This document shows, piece by piece, positions 23,964 to 37,172 of a DNA stretch of 64,000 bases. This DNA is from Plasmodiophora brassicae. Its lineage: Eukaryota. Positions within the stretch are counted from its first letter, which is position 1, and every line of letters starts with the position of its first letter. Made by a program: the position numbers and the translations under genes. The stretch is from positions 372,001 to 436,000 of the forward strand of contig CP145410.1 of NCBI GenBank assembly GCA_036867785.1, in the 5' to 3' direction. The notes under the pieces are model-generated. The model ran no database searches and was not told where the DNA came from. It was given only the letters and a program-made list of their open reading frames with translations.

Positions 23964-26900
23964 TCATTGCCGTTCGTTGACGTTCTCATCGGCGTTCCTG
24001 GCCCTGGCCGCCTCGTAGAGGTCGGGGGTCGTGATCCAGTTGGCGCCCTCCGGGTTCATGCGCTGGTGCACGTCGGGCCAGTCGGCGGCGAGCGCGTCCT
24101 GGCACCGCACGCAGACGGGCATGGCGCGCTCCGGCTCGACCGTGTACTTCCAGCAACGCTGGCATTGCATCGCGGGCGCCACCGTGATCACAATGTGCAC
24201 CGGGAGCTCCCGGTCCACGTCGACGTCGCGAAGCAGGTGCGTCTCCTCCATGACCGTGTCCGGCGACTTGACGACGTTGATACCCCCGATCTCGGCTTGC
24301 GACACGCCAAACGCGTCGGCAAGGCGCTCGGCACCGCCCAGGGGCCCTTCCAGGAACTTCCGCAGCAGGGATCGTTGGCCGCACCCGATGGCCACCTTGC
24401 AACTCAGCGCGTTCGTCACGACGCGTCGATCGCGTAACGATTCCATCATCTTGTTGAACGCGGCGCGGACACGAAGCAAACACGCCCATTCGCGTTCGAG
24501 CTCGGCGTCGATCCAGATGCGGTCCGGTTTGACCCAGCCCATCGCCAGCATGGACGGTGGTTTGTCGCCCTCGATGCCGCTCCTGTCGATCAGCGCGCGA
24601 ACGCGTTCCGTCATCTGGGCGTACAGGGCATCGGCGACGCCAGGAGCGAGCGGGGCCAGCACCTTGGAGACGGCGTCCAGCGTGTGCAGCAAGACGGTCT
24701 GGGTGGCGCGCCTCGAGCTGGAATCACGAGCATCACAGTACAGGCGGTCCCGGACCGTGTGGATGTACACAGACGACATGAACGACCCGAGGAACTTGTT
24801 CAGGCCCGCGATGACGTTGGCGTAATCCATGGTCGCGTACCCGGCCGTGGCCTCTTCGATGAACTTCTGCAGGTTGTGCATGGCGTACAGGTCGATGCAA
24901 TGCATCTCGTTGTGCATGACCAGGCGCAGGTCGTTGTCCTTCAGGCACCCGATCATGAACCGGAGCGTGTTGGCCGCGCGGCGCAACGTCTCTTGCGCCT
25001 TGTCGAGGTTGCGCTCGCTGAAGATCACGTCGCTGGTGACGTCCGCCGAGCAGACCCACATTCGGGACGAATTCAAACCCCACTTGCCGATCACATCATG
25101 TGGGGCGACAACGTTGCCCAGCGATTTCGACATCTTCCTCGACTGTTCGTCCAGAACGAACCCGTGCGTCATGATGGCACGGTACGGGGCCTTGGGACGC
25201 CCGCACGCAGCCGATGTTAACGCAGACGATTGGAACCAGCCACGATGCTGATCGGACCCTTCGACGACGAGATCGGACTGCCCAGACATGCCGAGGACAG
25301 CCGCCCAGGACGACCCACTGTCGAACCAGACGTCCATGGTCTCATCCCCGCGAACGTACGTGTCGGCGTCGTATTCGGGCGGGAGAAGGTCACGAGCCGG
25401 CAGCGTCCACCAACAGTCACTGCCATGCCTGGCGAACAGGTTGCGAACATGGTCGATCACGTGAGGAGACAGCAGTGGTTCACCAGAGCCGCGGTCGTAG
25501 AAGACGGGGATGGGAAGGCCCCAGAACCGCTGCCGCGATATGCACCAGTCCTTCCGGGCGTTGATCATACCACGAAGTCGTTCGGCGCCATGGACCTTCT
25601 TCAGGCTCGCCAGAGCCGTATCGCGAACGACCCCGTCGATGTTGCAGAACCACTGGGGCGTGGCCCGGATGATGACAGGCTTGCCAGAGCGCCAGTCGTA
25701 CGGGTACGAATGCACGTAGTCGTGCGTGTGCACCAAATGACCAGATGAGGACAGGATGTCGAGGACAGCGTCCAACCCGTCATCGAAGACGGACTTACCG
25801 ACGAGACGCGGGTCCGCGTTCTGATCGAAACAGCCATTGCCATCGACGTGGCAGACAATGGGGAGGTTGTGGTTCAGCGTTGCGTTGGCGTAATCGTCGA
25901 AACCATGGCCGGGCGCGGTGTGGACCAGCCCAGTGCCTGCCTTCTCCGTTACGCCAGAGCTCTCGATCAAAGGGACGATCCGCGAATCCATCGGATGCAC
26001 AGCCTGGAGTTTCGAGACGTCGATCGGACCACCGATTATCGTCAGAGGCCGCCCGATCGTTTGCGAGACGGTGTCCAGCAGAGCCGCCGCCACAATATAC
26101 CGTCTGCGTTCGTCGTCCTCGACCTGGAAGTACATAATGTCGGGACTGTACGCGATGGCGACATTCGCGGGAATCGTCCAGGGCGTCGTTCTGCAACACG
26201 GGACACACGTCACAATCGGAAACAGCGTCGCGTAGGCGACATACGTCCAAATCATGATGGAGGTATCCGGATAGTCGGACCCGGCAACGGGGAAGGCGAT
26301 GTACGCTGATTTGCTGACGTGGCTGTCCTGGTACACGAGCTCGGCGTCGGCGAGTGCGGTGCGAGACGACTAAGAGACGCGCACGTCGGATTCCTGGACA
26401 GAGAACGCGGTGGTTTGTCGGCGACGCTTACTGGCGACCAGTAGACGGGGCGGAAGTGCCGCGTTATCAATCCACGTTCGACCAGTCGGGAGAACACCTC
26501 GAGCTGCGACGCTTCGAACGACGGCGACATGGTCGTGTAGAACTTCTTGTAGTCGGCTATAAGGCCCCATGCCTCCATCGATATACGATGCCAGCCGACC
26601 ACTTTCGACGCCAGATTCTGGCACGCATCCCGGATCGCAGGAGCGTCGGTGGAATCGATCGTGGATTTAACCTTCGCCTCGATAGGGAGGCCATGGCAAT
26701 CTGCGGAGAGGCGATCGTTAACGCAGTGTGCACGTGGCCTACCGAGCGCGATTACCCCATCCCGGGCGGTAATCGACGCGATAACCCGACATGATCTTGT
26801 GTCGGACAATGACATCCTTCAGCGTCTTATTCAGAAAGTGCCCCATATGCAGGTCGCCATTCTATCATCCAGGCGCACGTCAACATGCATTGCCCGGCAA

Positions 26901-27116
26901 GGCGCCCCAATAACCCGCTCGAAACCATACAGCGAACGGCGGCCCATCGTGCAACGTAAACAGCGGGCGCTGCGCCTGCCTGAACTGCCAGTCGTATAAC
27001 GACGACGACGTCTCGGGTTCCCGCGCATTGATGTCGACAGGGTTGGCTCTCGGCAGGAATATCGTCGCCTTGAACGACTGGTGCGCGAACCGGCGCTGCG
27101 TGTGAGCGAGCAGCAT
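23964..27116 (-). CDS. IARS2: Isoleucyl-tRNA synthetase, bacterial/mitochondrial type, multi-exon
   Basis: [61 protein letters not shown] and C-terminal CQRC/CVRC zinc finger. Confidence 0.95.
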
Positions 27117-27254
27117 CACGAGGCCCGGCCGCCCGCGTGTGACGAGGCCCTTGCGGGGTCCGCAATCGATCCCGCGCTGGCCACGACGCCAGCGCGGGAC
27201 GCCCGCCCCTGTGCCGCCTTCGGTGACGATGACCTGACTATGCATCTAGGACGT

Positions 27255-28332
27255 TTATGATGGGTGCTCGTCCGACGCGTCGTGCAATGATGACGGTGGC
27301 ACGCTGGACGACGGCGTCGTCGACCGTATCCTGCGACGACGTCGCCGGTCTTCGAGTTCGATTAGCGAGATGGTGTTGCCGATGGGGGTCGTTGGGGTCG
27401 ACCGCAGTGACGCGACGCTGACGACTGTGTACGTAGAATGCAGGTAGGAGCTCCACGTGCAGTGCATTGGGATCTGCAAGCGAGACAACGGTCGGTTTAG
27501 CCACTTACAGGTGGTACCAGTACAGAAACGTGGCACTCACCGTTGCGCCGTCTCTTCTTAACACCTCGATTTCGAACGTGGCGTGCTTGGCGTGAAAGAA
27601 ACTTGCACAGAAATTCAGGAGAGCGATCACCGAGGCACTCCTGGGCGAGAAGAGCGACATGAAGAATGTCATCTCAGGCGGGTCGTTGCGAGCTCTTGAT
27701 TGACGCCTGCGAGCGTCAGCTCTCTGCATGGCATCAAACTCTTCGACCGTGTATCCCCAAAGCCGAAGGCCTGCGTCGTCGAGAACATAGTCCAGACGAG
27801 GGGGGTCTGACAACGCGTCGAATCCGACCGCGAGCTTCGCCGCCGGAATTTCATCGTTATCGACGTTGGACGGGAAGATGAAGACAGGGTTCCCATACGG
27901 GTTATCGAACCGAATAACGTGGCCGTCACGAACGAACGGGTATCGGTTGGGATCCAGCCCGAACACGTCTCCGGACGCCAGTGCGGCATAGCTGACCAGG
28001 TCGTGACGGACGACCTCAATCTGCTGGTCATTGAGGAACTCCTGGTAGAACTGAAGCATGACCGGTGCGATGCCGTTATCGGCGTGCAGCAGGTTCTGGT
28101 GGACGAGCTGGGGGGAGAAATACCGATGCCCCTGCATGACAAGCCTGATCGCATCGGCCGGAAGGACCATGTGACTACGTGCTGGGACAGGAATGTCTGC
28201 ATGTAGATGGTGGTTCGGATCCGCCATGGAATACAGCCTCCTCAGCATCTGCAACCTGGTCCTTTGCGGCGCCCGTCTGTCGGCATCCGTCTCGGATTCG
28301 GACACATCGTCGTCTTTGGGGGGAGACGACAT
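27255..28332 (-). CDS. Orphan PAS/PAC-like family protein, copy 1 (2 exons)
   Basis: Paralog of three downstream genes. Shares MQGHR, DVFGLDPNRYP, PAAK, LWGYT and EVLRRDG; intron after RRDGAT. Confidence 0.8.
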
Positions 28333-31300
28333 GCGGGGTTATCCCGCAACGGAACTGGTATGTACGCCCCTGACGTAGTGCCGCCGAACCGGTCGGACGT
28401 CCCGACGGGCGCCCCACGTGTGACGCCACCGCAAAAGGAACCTCACTATAATAGGTAGGGCAAATCTACTAGCAGTGTGTGCCACGGGCCTATGGATCTG
28501 ATATTTACGGCTCCGGCCGGATATCCCCCTGGAGTACGCACGACCCCAGCCCTCAGTAGAGGCGGCGCGCCGCGCCCACGCCACCCCTAAGTAGTGACGC
28601 TGCGACTGGTTTCGTAGAACCGTACCGACGAAGACGACGGGCGCGGACAGGAACAAGCCCTGCCTGTGCCCTGAACTTTTTTTTATAGACTCCTTTTTTG
28701 CAACCGAGAGGTCGATGGACGATTCTGAGAGGATGGATGCTGATGAGCATCATGAGGCTGCGCGCGGGCGAGCCTCAGTGTTTCGAACGATGGATGTCCG
28801 ATTTGTCCGAGACGAACCAGCAACCCGCGGGCAGACGCCTTGTTGAGGGAGCTGTTCTGACCCGGTGCCTCTCCATGTTAGTACAATGGATAGGCAGGCC
28901 ATTTACAAGATTGTTTCGAAAGAGTACACGACGGCTCATGCGTATATGTTTCACTTTAGCCATTAGTGCTGCAACAGGAGCCGTCCTACCTAACCAGAGA
29001 TTTCGGACCGTACAGCTGTCCGTATTGCCGGCGCAATGTCGCACCGGAGCCAGCACAAGCGGCAGCTTGCACGGCCGGACGCCATGGCAGATCACCGTGC
29101 GGGCATGCCGACTGACCTGGTCAACGTGCTTAGGACTGTGTCTCGACGTGGTTGTTGTCATTGAAGAAGAAGAGTCTTTGCAGTAAGGGACCACGCGTCG
29201 ACGTTTGGAATACCTCCATTGACCTTGCCGTCTCGTATATGGATCAATATAGATTCTCTGGAATGGGCATTGACTGTATCCGAATACGGCATGAGACAAG
29301 CCAGTGTTCCCCAGGTGCATCGTTTGAGCAGTCTCACAATGACCATCGATTCCTCTTCGAAATGAAGGTACTTCGCCATGCACTGCCCGTTTGGTTGCCT
29401 GGACGCGGCCTGCCCGTACAGCCACGACTCGCGATCGACCAGATGGCCTTACAGTGATGTCCGGTAGGTTGTTTGTCAGATGTTGTTTGTTGAAAAGCTT
29501 AGCGCCACGAGAACCTGACTGACCTTGAACGTATGAACCCCGACATCGGTGACGGCCTTGCCGAATTGGAGAGACTACCTATTGCATGCAGAACGTCATG
29601 AAGAAGTATTGTCAGCGCAGAGGCGAGCCATGCCGTCGTGCTTGTCGATGGCAATAATGTGGGGCGATACATCACCTGAGGCGGGACAAGACGGTACGTA
29701 GAGATATTGGCTTTACGCGATTACAGGCTGATAACTGAAACTCCCGCAGGAATACTTAATTGCTTATCTTATGATTTGTCGCACTGATATGTGCTGACGG
29801 TCATGGATACGTTTGTAAACATGACGAGCCGCTGTTTAACGTAAGCGCGACATATCGTTCAAATCAAACTGGGGACTTTTGCTGGAACGACCGCCGTTGC
29901 TCGCTGAAGAACCTGTTTATGGACGAAGCCACGTGTCATCTGGCGCCGTTGAGCAAACGACATGTGGACGTTGGAAAACATAATTCCTCTTCGTAGACGT
30001 GACCGATGAAAATTGCAACGGCCACGGAATCGACGAAACGTTGGCGGGCGTGCTCCCGTATGCATGACCAAAAGTGAGTACCCATGCCCAGGACGTCGTT
30101 GTCGCGTTACTGATTACGTGTTTGTGTGTAGTCGAAGCTGTCGGCTGGAGCGCCGTGCGAACACATCCGAATGTGGGTCAACAACCGGCCGGGTCCGGAC
30201 GCACGCAAGTGGGCCGGACCGGCAATATCCGGATCGGAAGGGCCCGCATTTGGTCGTCTATCGGTGGTCATGTTCGAGGACGACGGGGCCGGGTCGGTGA
30301 ATCCGTTTGCTATATATCGGGTTGAAGTAAACTCGGTTCCCTCTCCCGCTGGACTGTGGGCAACGCGAGACGTGGTGGGGCGCCATCGAGGGTTGCTTCG
30401 TGGTCGTACAACGTGTTTACTCTGCGACTTTCCATGGCGGATCGTCTGTTGGGACTCTCCACATTCAGTGGTCCCCAGTTACGAGGCGTGCGAGTATATT
30501 CGTTATACCCAATACCAGACTGGCGGCGAACGGGTGGATCCAGGAAGCCCTGGTGAGGAGGGACAAGCGCCGCAGCACGTACGTCGAGAAGGATGACGAG
30601 ATGGGCAGGCGATCAGCATGGCCGGTTCGCCGGTGGGGACTCGCCATGAACCTGGACTGGGACCAGATCCCCATCGGTACCAGTTAGCCGCTGCTTTGTC
30701 GCTTCCTTGAAACGACAGCCGACATTTGTTGGACACCCTTTGTCGTCGTTGGACGAGATGATTCTCCTGTACGGCCATTAATCGGTGTTTCTCGTCGACG
30801 CACCAGTTGGCTTATGGAACAGGGCGTCGTTCATGACGACATGACCCAGAATGTTTGTTATCGAAGTTCTGAATATATGTGTCGGTAGATGGAGATGCCT
30901 GCTGGTGTGACCCCATCTAATTGAGGGCCGAGCCACTCAGTTCTGGACGGCCGACGGCAACCCGGATCCGAAGGAGGTCTGTTTGAACATCCGTCTAAGA
31001 CGCATGCGTGCAACGGGGCTGGGTCTGCGAAACCGATACGTACTCACGTCTTGTAGGATTGGCGCAGACAGCTTGATCCTCGATTTCCAGCAGAGCACCT
31101 GATCGAACGAAGCGTTAGTTCCTCTTGCTGACGCACAACAAGTGACATTGCCCGTCCTCCATGTATCGCTGGGTGGCACGATGCATATGATGAATGCAGA
31201 CGTGATTCGCCTGCGATTTCCATGGCACTCTGTGCACCGGCTCGCGACATCCGCCTGCTCTTCATGCTGTGTTACTGGCGAGTCCTATGTATGCGCTCAT

Positions 31301-31582
31301 CCCGTCACTGCGATGCAGAATTCTGTACCCGGCCACAATTCACGGATCCAACTCATTAACGTTTCGTCTGACTTCTCCCAGATGAGTGCTTAATTAGTGC
31401 TTAGGTGAAGGACTGATCGGGCGTGTTTTTCGGGCACAGCCTCCCGTATTCGTGTGACACTTTGACGTTGGGTGATCCGGTCAGTTTGCATATCGTCAGG
31501 GTACCATGTGGTTTTCAGTTTTAGTGTATTTCTGCTTAGGTATACGTAACCGTTTCAATCCGATAGCCGGTCGTATATGTAA

Positions 31583-32643
31583 TCACCCTGGCGGGTCTCT
31601 ACGTCTGCTTTCGCCATCGTCGCCTTTGGCCTCTTCGAACTGCCCATCGCTGGGCGCCTGCGTGCCAGCAGGCGCATCCAAACGCAAGAGGGTTTGCTCG
31701 ATGGGTGTGGCTACGTCTTCACGAAACGAATATATGTAGAGAACTAAATGTGCCTCCTGCAGGAAGTTGTCGAATGAACAGTGCACCGGTACCTGCCAAG
31801 TTTCGTCACAAACTCTGCTTCGCTGCGTAACATGGAATGGTAACCCACAATTTGCCCGTTGGACCGGATGATAGTAACCGGGAAAGCCGTATGTCTGGCC
31901 TGGAAGAAGATGGCGCACAACCTGTTGGCTACGATCGTGGACGCGCTCGCTGGCGTAAACAGCACCATCAGGAACGATAACATCCCCGGCAAATAAGGGT
32001 TCCATTGATCTGGCGGCCGCAGATGCATCCTTTGAAGATGTTCGATCTGGTCAGCAGAATAACCCCAAAGCTGAAGAGCGGCGTCATCCAGTACAACGTC
32101 GTGCCTGGGAGGTGATGACGAGGAATCTGTGCTGATGGCAATCTTGGCTGCGGGGACAGAATCATTGTCAGCAGGAGATGGCAGCACGAAAATCGGGCTA
32201 CCGAGCGGGTTCTGGAACATGACTACCTGTCCGGAGCGAATGTGGAGGTACCGGTTCGGGTCAAGGCCGAACACGTCTTCAGGTATCTCGGACGCGTAGA
32301 GTAGCAAGTCGCGATAGACTGTGGCAATCTGTTCTGGCGTCAGGAACTGCTGGTAGAAGGCAAGAACGTTGGGCGCCACGCGACCGTCAGCGGTACAAGA
32401 ACCGAACAGCGCCTGGTGAACCAGCTCGGGGCGAAACATGCGGTGTCCTTGCATGACAAGGCTTACGAGGTCAGTCGGGACCGCCAGTGGCACCAATACC
32501 GTGCTCTGGGGCGACAACCCATCCCGATGAGCAACCATTGAAGGCGGGACACACACGCCCGAACGCGTATCTTGAGATCGACGTCGTTGCCTGCGTTGCC
32601 TTCTACAGTCTTGTCCGCCACCAGGTTGCCTCTCCATCGACAT
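31583..32643 (-). CDS. Orphan PAS/PAC-like family protein, copy 2 (2 exons)
   Basis: Same motifs as copy 1; exon 2 begins VPVHCSF. Confidence 0.8.
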
Positions 32644-33495
32644 CGTATGCGATATCAAGGCAGGAGATGATGCATGGCAGCTAGGACTAGGGATATAGCC
32701 GCTCGGGGTGTCCAAGACGCAAACCGCAAAAGGTGCGGTCCGCACATTTCCCGACGCATCCGACTGCGGTTGCCTCGGTGGCCGGGTGCTGGGGGTCCAT
32801 GACACTACCTGACTACCTACTCATGCAGTGCTAAGAATAGAACCTGGCGACAAGGCATGGACAACGGATCCAGGCCCGGGTGGCAGCGTCCCCGCTCTGC
32901 GAATGCGCATGTCTGCATCTGGGGCTGCATGATGGACGAGGAACGAGGCCGCCGCGCGCCACGACGTCGTCTCCAGGAAGCTTCGCATTCATTTGACGGC
33001 TAGGAATGGGATTGTCTTGAGCGTACGTGGACTGGCACACATGCACATTTAAGCGGCAATTACGGCTGATCGAGTAGAGACGCGCAATTCGCTGCGTTTA
33101 AAGTCTTTGGCATGAACCAGGCGAAGGAAAGACATTTCCTGCAGCGAGATGACCAACGACGGTTCTATGCGATGACCCGATCAGATGCTGAACGCTGGAT
33201 GCCTGTTCGCCGCCTGCTCATCTTCATCTTGTTTGTCCGCCTTCAAATGGAAGGTACGGCTCGTTGTTTTCAAAAGCAGAGCACCCGACGCGGGTCGATA
33301 ACTAGATCTTACCTATGCCAACGATTTTGCGATCTGGCAACCACAGTGACCAGTGAAACTTGGCAGATCCTGTTTGCATGTCCTGCGAGTGGCCGAAGGA
33401 AGCGCAACTTGCATACCTGGCTAGTTCTACGATGGAGACCAGGAGCGAAACTGTCTTGTTCTCGAAATGAACATACCAGATTTAGTGTATACAAA

Positions 33496-34548
33496 TCATC
33501 TACAAGCGGAGCATGACTCGGCAGTAGTGTAAGACGAGCTATCGTCTTCTGGAAAGCGTCGAGGTCTTTCGAGCGGCAATGAACATGCGGGTGCGTCGAT
33601 CGTGGATATTATCCTGGCTACAGAAGCTAACGGACGCGCTCGGAACGACGCCACGGAGACGTACGCGTAGAAATTGTGCACATAGCTGGACATGGTACAG
33701 TACGCTGGGACCTGTGCACAAGCAAGATTATTCCAGGCCAATCGAGTGAGAATTATGCAGCGTCGCTGACGTACAGTTCTGCCGTCGCGTCTTCTAATCT
33801 CCACTTCGAACGCGAGGTTACTCGCAAGGAAGTACCGTGTGACCAGGTTCACAGTGGCGATCACCGATGCGCTAGCCGGTGAGAACAGGGACATGAAGAA
33901 GGAGAAACACTTCTTCTGGTCCGGACGACGGTCCCTTCGTTTCTCGAAATGCGCCCTCTGCAAAGCCTCCATTTCGGCAGCAGTGTATCCCCAGAGCGAA
34001 AGCGCTGCATCATCGAGCAGGAAATCGTATCGAACGTGAGGTCCGGTGGCGTCGACGCAGATGGCCATCTTCGCAGCTGGGACGCGATCGTCCTCGACAC
34101 GAGACGGGAACACGAAGAGCGGTTTCCCAATGGGATTGTCGAACTTGACAACCTGGCCGGGCCGCATCTGCGGGTACCGATTCGGGTCCAGGCCGAACAC
34201 ATCGTCCGGCGCCGACGCTGCATATGCAACTAAATCGCGACGAACAGTCGCGATCTGGGCCTCGGTCAGGAAACCCTCGTAGAACATCAGCAGCCCTGGG
34301 TCAATATCGCCGTCCCCCCTGTGCAGCGCTTCGTCGACCAGCTCGGGTCGGAACATGCGATGCCCTTCCATGATGAATGCGACCAGTTCACCGGATACCT
34401 CATGCAGCCAGAGAAGTGGGGATGGTGTCGCACCGATTGCACGATCCGGCGTTGCCCTTCTCTCCAGTAGACCTCTTCGTAACGCGTCCTCGATCGCATT
34501 CCGGGATCGACGAACCCGCGCGCGCCTTCCCTCCTGCACCCGATCCAT
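33496..34548 (-). CDS. Orphan PAS/PAC-like family protein, copy 3 (2 exons)
   Basis: Same motifs; exon 2 begins VPAYCTMSSY. Confidence 0.8.
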   Translation of the reverse strand: MDRVQEGRRARVRRSRNAIEDALRRGLLERRATPDRAIGATPSPLLWLHEVSGELVAFIMEGHRMFRPELVDEALHRGDGDIDPGLLMFYEGFLTEAQIATVRRDLVAYAASAPDDVFGLDPNRYPQMRPGQVVKFDNPIGKPLFVFPSRVEDDRVPAAKMAICVDATGPHVRYDFLLDDAALSLWGYTAAEMEALQRAHFEKRRDRRPDQKKCFSFFMSLFSPASASVIATVNLVTRYFLASNLAFEVEIRRRDGRTVRQRRCIILTRLAWNNLACAQVPAYCTMSSYVHNFYAYVSVASFRARPLASVARIISTIDAPACSLPLERPRRFPEDDSSSYTTAESCSACR

Positions 34549-35570
34549 CCGTTGCGACTGCACCCGCGTTCACTCGCCGTTCCAAGTTTGGAACCGGGCA
34601 CCCCAGCTGGCTCGATCGGGCGATGGACACACCAACGTCGCGCAGTCTGCGCAATCGGCACGTCCGCACAATCCAAATTTAGAACCCGGCAGTCGGAAAC
34701 GTCCGTGCCGGGATCGCGGAGCCGCCGAACCGAGGTGGCGAGACTGGGGTCCGCCGCACAGGGATGACCAAGGCTCGGTGCTGCTCTATACGCGGACATG
34801 TAGGTGCGGGCATGGCCACCTTCTCCCCATCAAAATCATCGTTACTGTTCGTTTGCTGGCGGACCTCTGGTCAGGGCAGCCCCATGCACTCTTCGGCGAC
34901 CAGCAATGTGTGGCTGCGATCACCATCATAAAGACAGGGTCGCGGATCAGACCGGGCGGGGAGAAATTTAGCGCCCATCTCGCGACCCGAGTTCACGTAC
35001 CAAACGCGTCACCGTGATGCGTATTGCTGTTTGGGGATACGTGCGAACCACCGGAACATCCTAATTGGTGCAGAGTTCCTCTTTCATCTTCTTGTGTCGC
35101 GTGTCGAACAGCGATCCTGGATGGGGCGTGATCAACTTCCAGCACGTGCACGGGACGCATCCATGCATCCAAAGACAGTCTCGTGAACCTATGCGGCTGT
35201 GCGCCTGTGCCGAATATTCGCCATGGCACAGGCTGCCTGCCCTTTCAGTCGTTCGTCTTCAAATGGAAGAAGTCAGTTCGTTGTAGCGAACAGGGCAGAA
35301 GGGACTTTCGAACCCGTCGCAACGCTGTATTCAACTGGTAGGCGCTGTGTCCATGTCCATGAGGTCTCACAGGCGATTGGCATATCGACAGCCCCCAAGG
35401 ACTTGGTAGAATGAGCGACCGGCCATTCCACCTTATGGTTTTCTGCGACTGGTAAACGCCGTTGTACAGGTGGTACATGCCTGTCTCGTCCTACTTTGTG
35501 GGCCATAAGCAAGCCAGCAGCTTTGTACTCGAAAGAGCTATATCAACTAGATGTATACAATGTTATATGT

Positions 35571-36622
35571 CTATACCGAGCATGACTCCGCTGTACCACA
35601 AGACGCGTTATCGTCTTCTTCTTCCGAGCGATGTCTACGACGTCTTGCTAATGATATTGAGAACACGGCCGTGTCGATCGTGGACATTCGGTTGGCAACC
35701 GACGTTAATGGACGCGGTCGGAGCGACGTCACCGAGAGGTGCGCGTAGAAGTTGTGCACAAAACTCGATGTGATACAGTACGTTGGGATCTGTACACAAC
35801 GCGGAATTACTCTCAGCCGACGAGATACGCGTTAAGCAACGAATGCCGTCGTACAACTCTGCCGTCGCGCCTTCTGATCTCCACCTCGAATGCAAGGTTA
35901 CACGCGAGGAAGTATCGCGAGCACAGGTTCACGGTGGCGATCACCGATGCGCTTGCAGGTGAGAACAGGGACATGAAGAACGACATCCACTGTTTCTGGC
36001 CTGGACGACGGTCCCTTGGGTTCTTGAAATGCGCCCTCTGCAGAAGCTCCATTTCGGCAGCAGTGTATCCCCAAAGCGCAAGTGCTGCATCGTCAAGCAC
36101 GAAATCGTACCGGGAGTGAGGGCCGGTGGCGTCGACGCAGACGGCCAACTTCGCGGCTGGGACGCGATCGTCCTCAACGCGCGATGCAAACACGAACACG
36201 GGCTTCCCAATGGGATTGTCGAACTTGATCACCTGGCCCGGCCGGATCTGCGGGTAACGATTCGGATCCAGGCCAAACACATCGTCCGGCACCGATGCCG
36301 CATATGCCATCAGGTCGCGACGAAGAATGTCGATCTGGGCCTGGGTCAGGAACTCCTCGTAGAACAGCAACATGCCGGGGTCAATGTCGCCATCCCCTCT
36401 GTACAGCGCTTCGTGGATCAGCTCGGGCCGGAACATCCGGTGGCCTTGCATGATGAACGCGACAACGTCATCGGGTATCTCCTGCGGGCATGGAAAAAGC
36501 GGGGACGCTGTCGCGCCGATGCCACGATCCGGCCTTGCCGCTCTCGTCACCACAGCTCGTCGTAACAGGTCCTGGATCCGACGGCGCCGCCGCACATGCC
36601 TCCTCGTCTGCACCTTATCCAT
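35571..36622 (-). CDS. Orphan PAS/PAC-like family protein, copy 4 (2 exons)
   Basis: Very similar to copy 3 at DNA level; exon 2 begins IPTYCITSSF. Confidence 0.8.
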
Positions 36623-37172
36623 CTGCTGTGACCCCACTCCCGCGTCGCGGGCCGGCTACGATACTCGACCGAGCAATGCAAGGCGACCGCCTTCGCGCAG
36701 TGTTTCGCAGAGCGGGACGCCCCCCTGAGCGTCTAAATTCAGGATCCCACCTGCCGGAACGTTCCCCGCCGTGAGCGCCGTCGTCCGCCGGCGCTCGTGG
36801 CCCGCACAGACGACCAGAGGTCGGGGATGCCGACTGGTGTGTGCCCCCCTTGGCGTCTCGTTCCGCGCACAGGACGACCACTAGTTGAACCGTTCGGCGG
36901 ACAGCAATGTATGGCTGTGCTCAGTGCGTTTCGCGGATCGGAGCGGGCGGGGAACGAATTTAGGGGGCCCACACACACACGCCTGGCACGTACGGTACGC
37001 GTCACAGTGGCGATGCGCATCGACCGTTTGAGGATACGTTCACAGACTGCCTGGGGCAACGCACCCGACGCGGTTGGCCTGGGGCACCGCCCTGTGCGAC
37101 TCGCCCAACAGGTTGGCGCTCGGTTGAGGTCTTGCTGTTGGCGGTGCGGTCGCAGACGATCGTTCGCGATTG

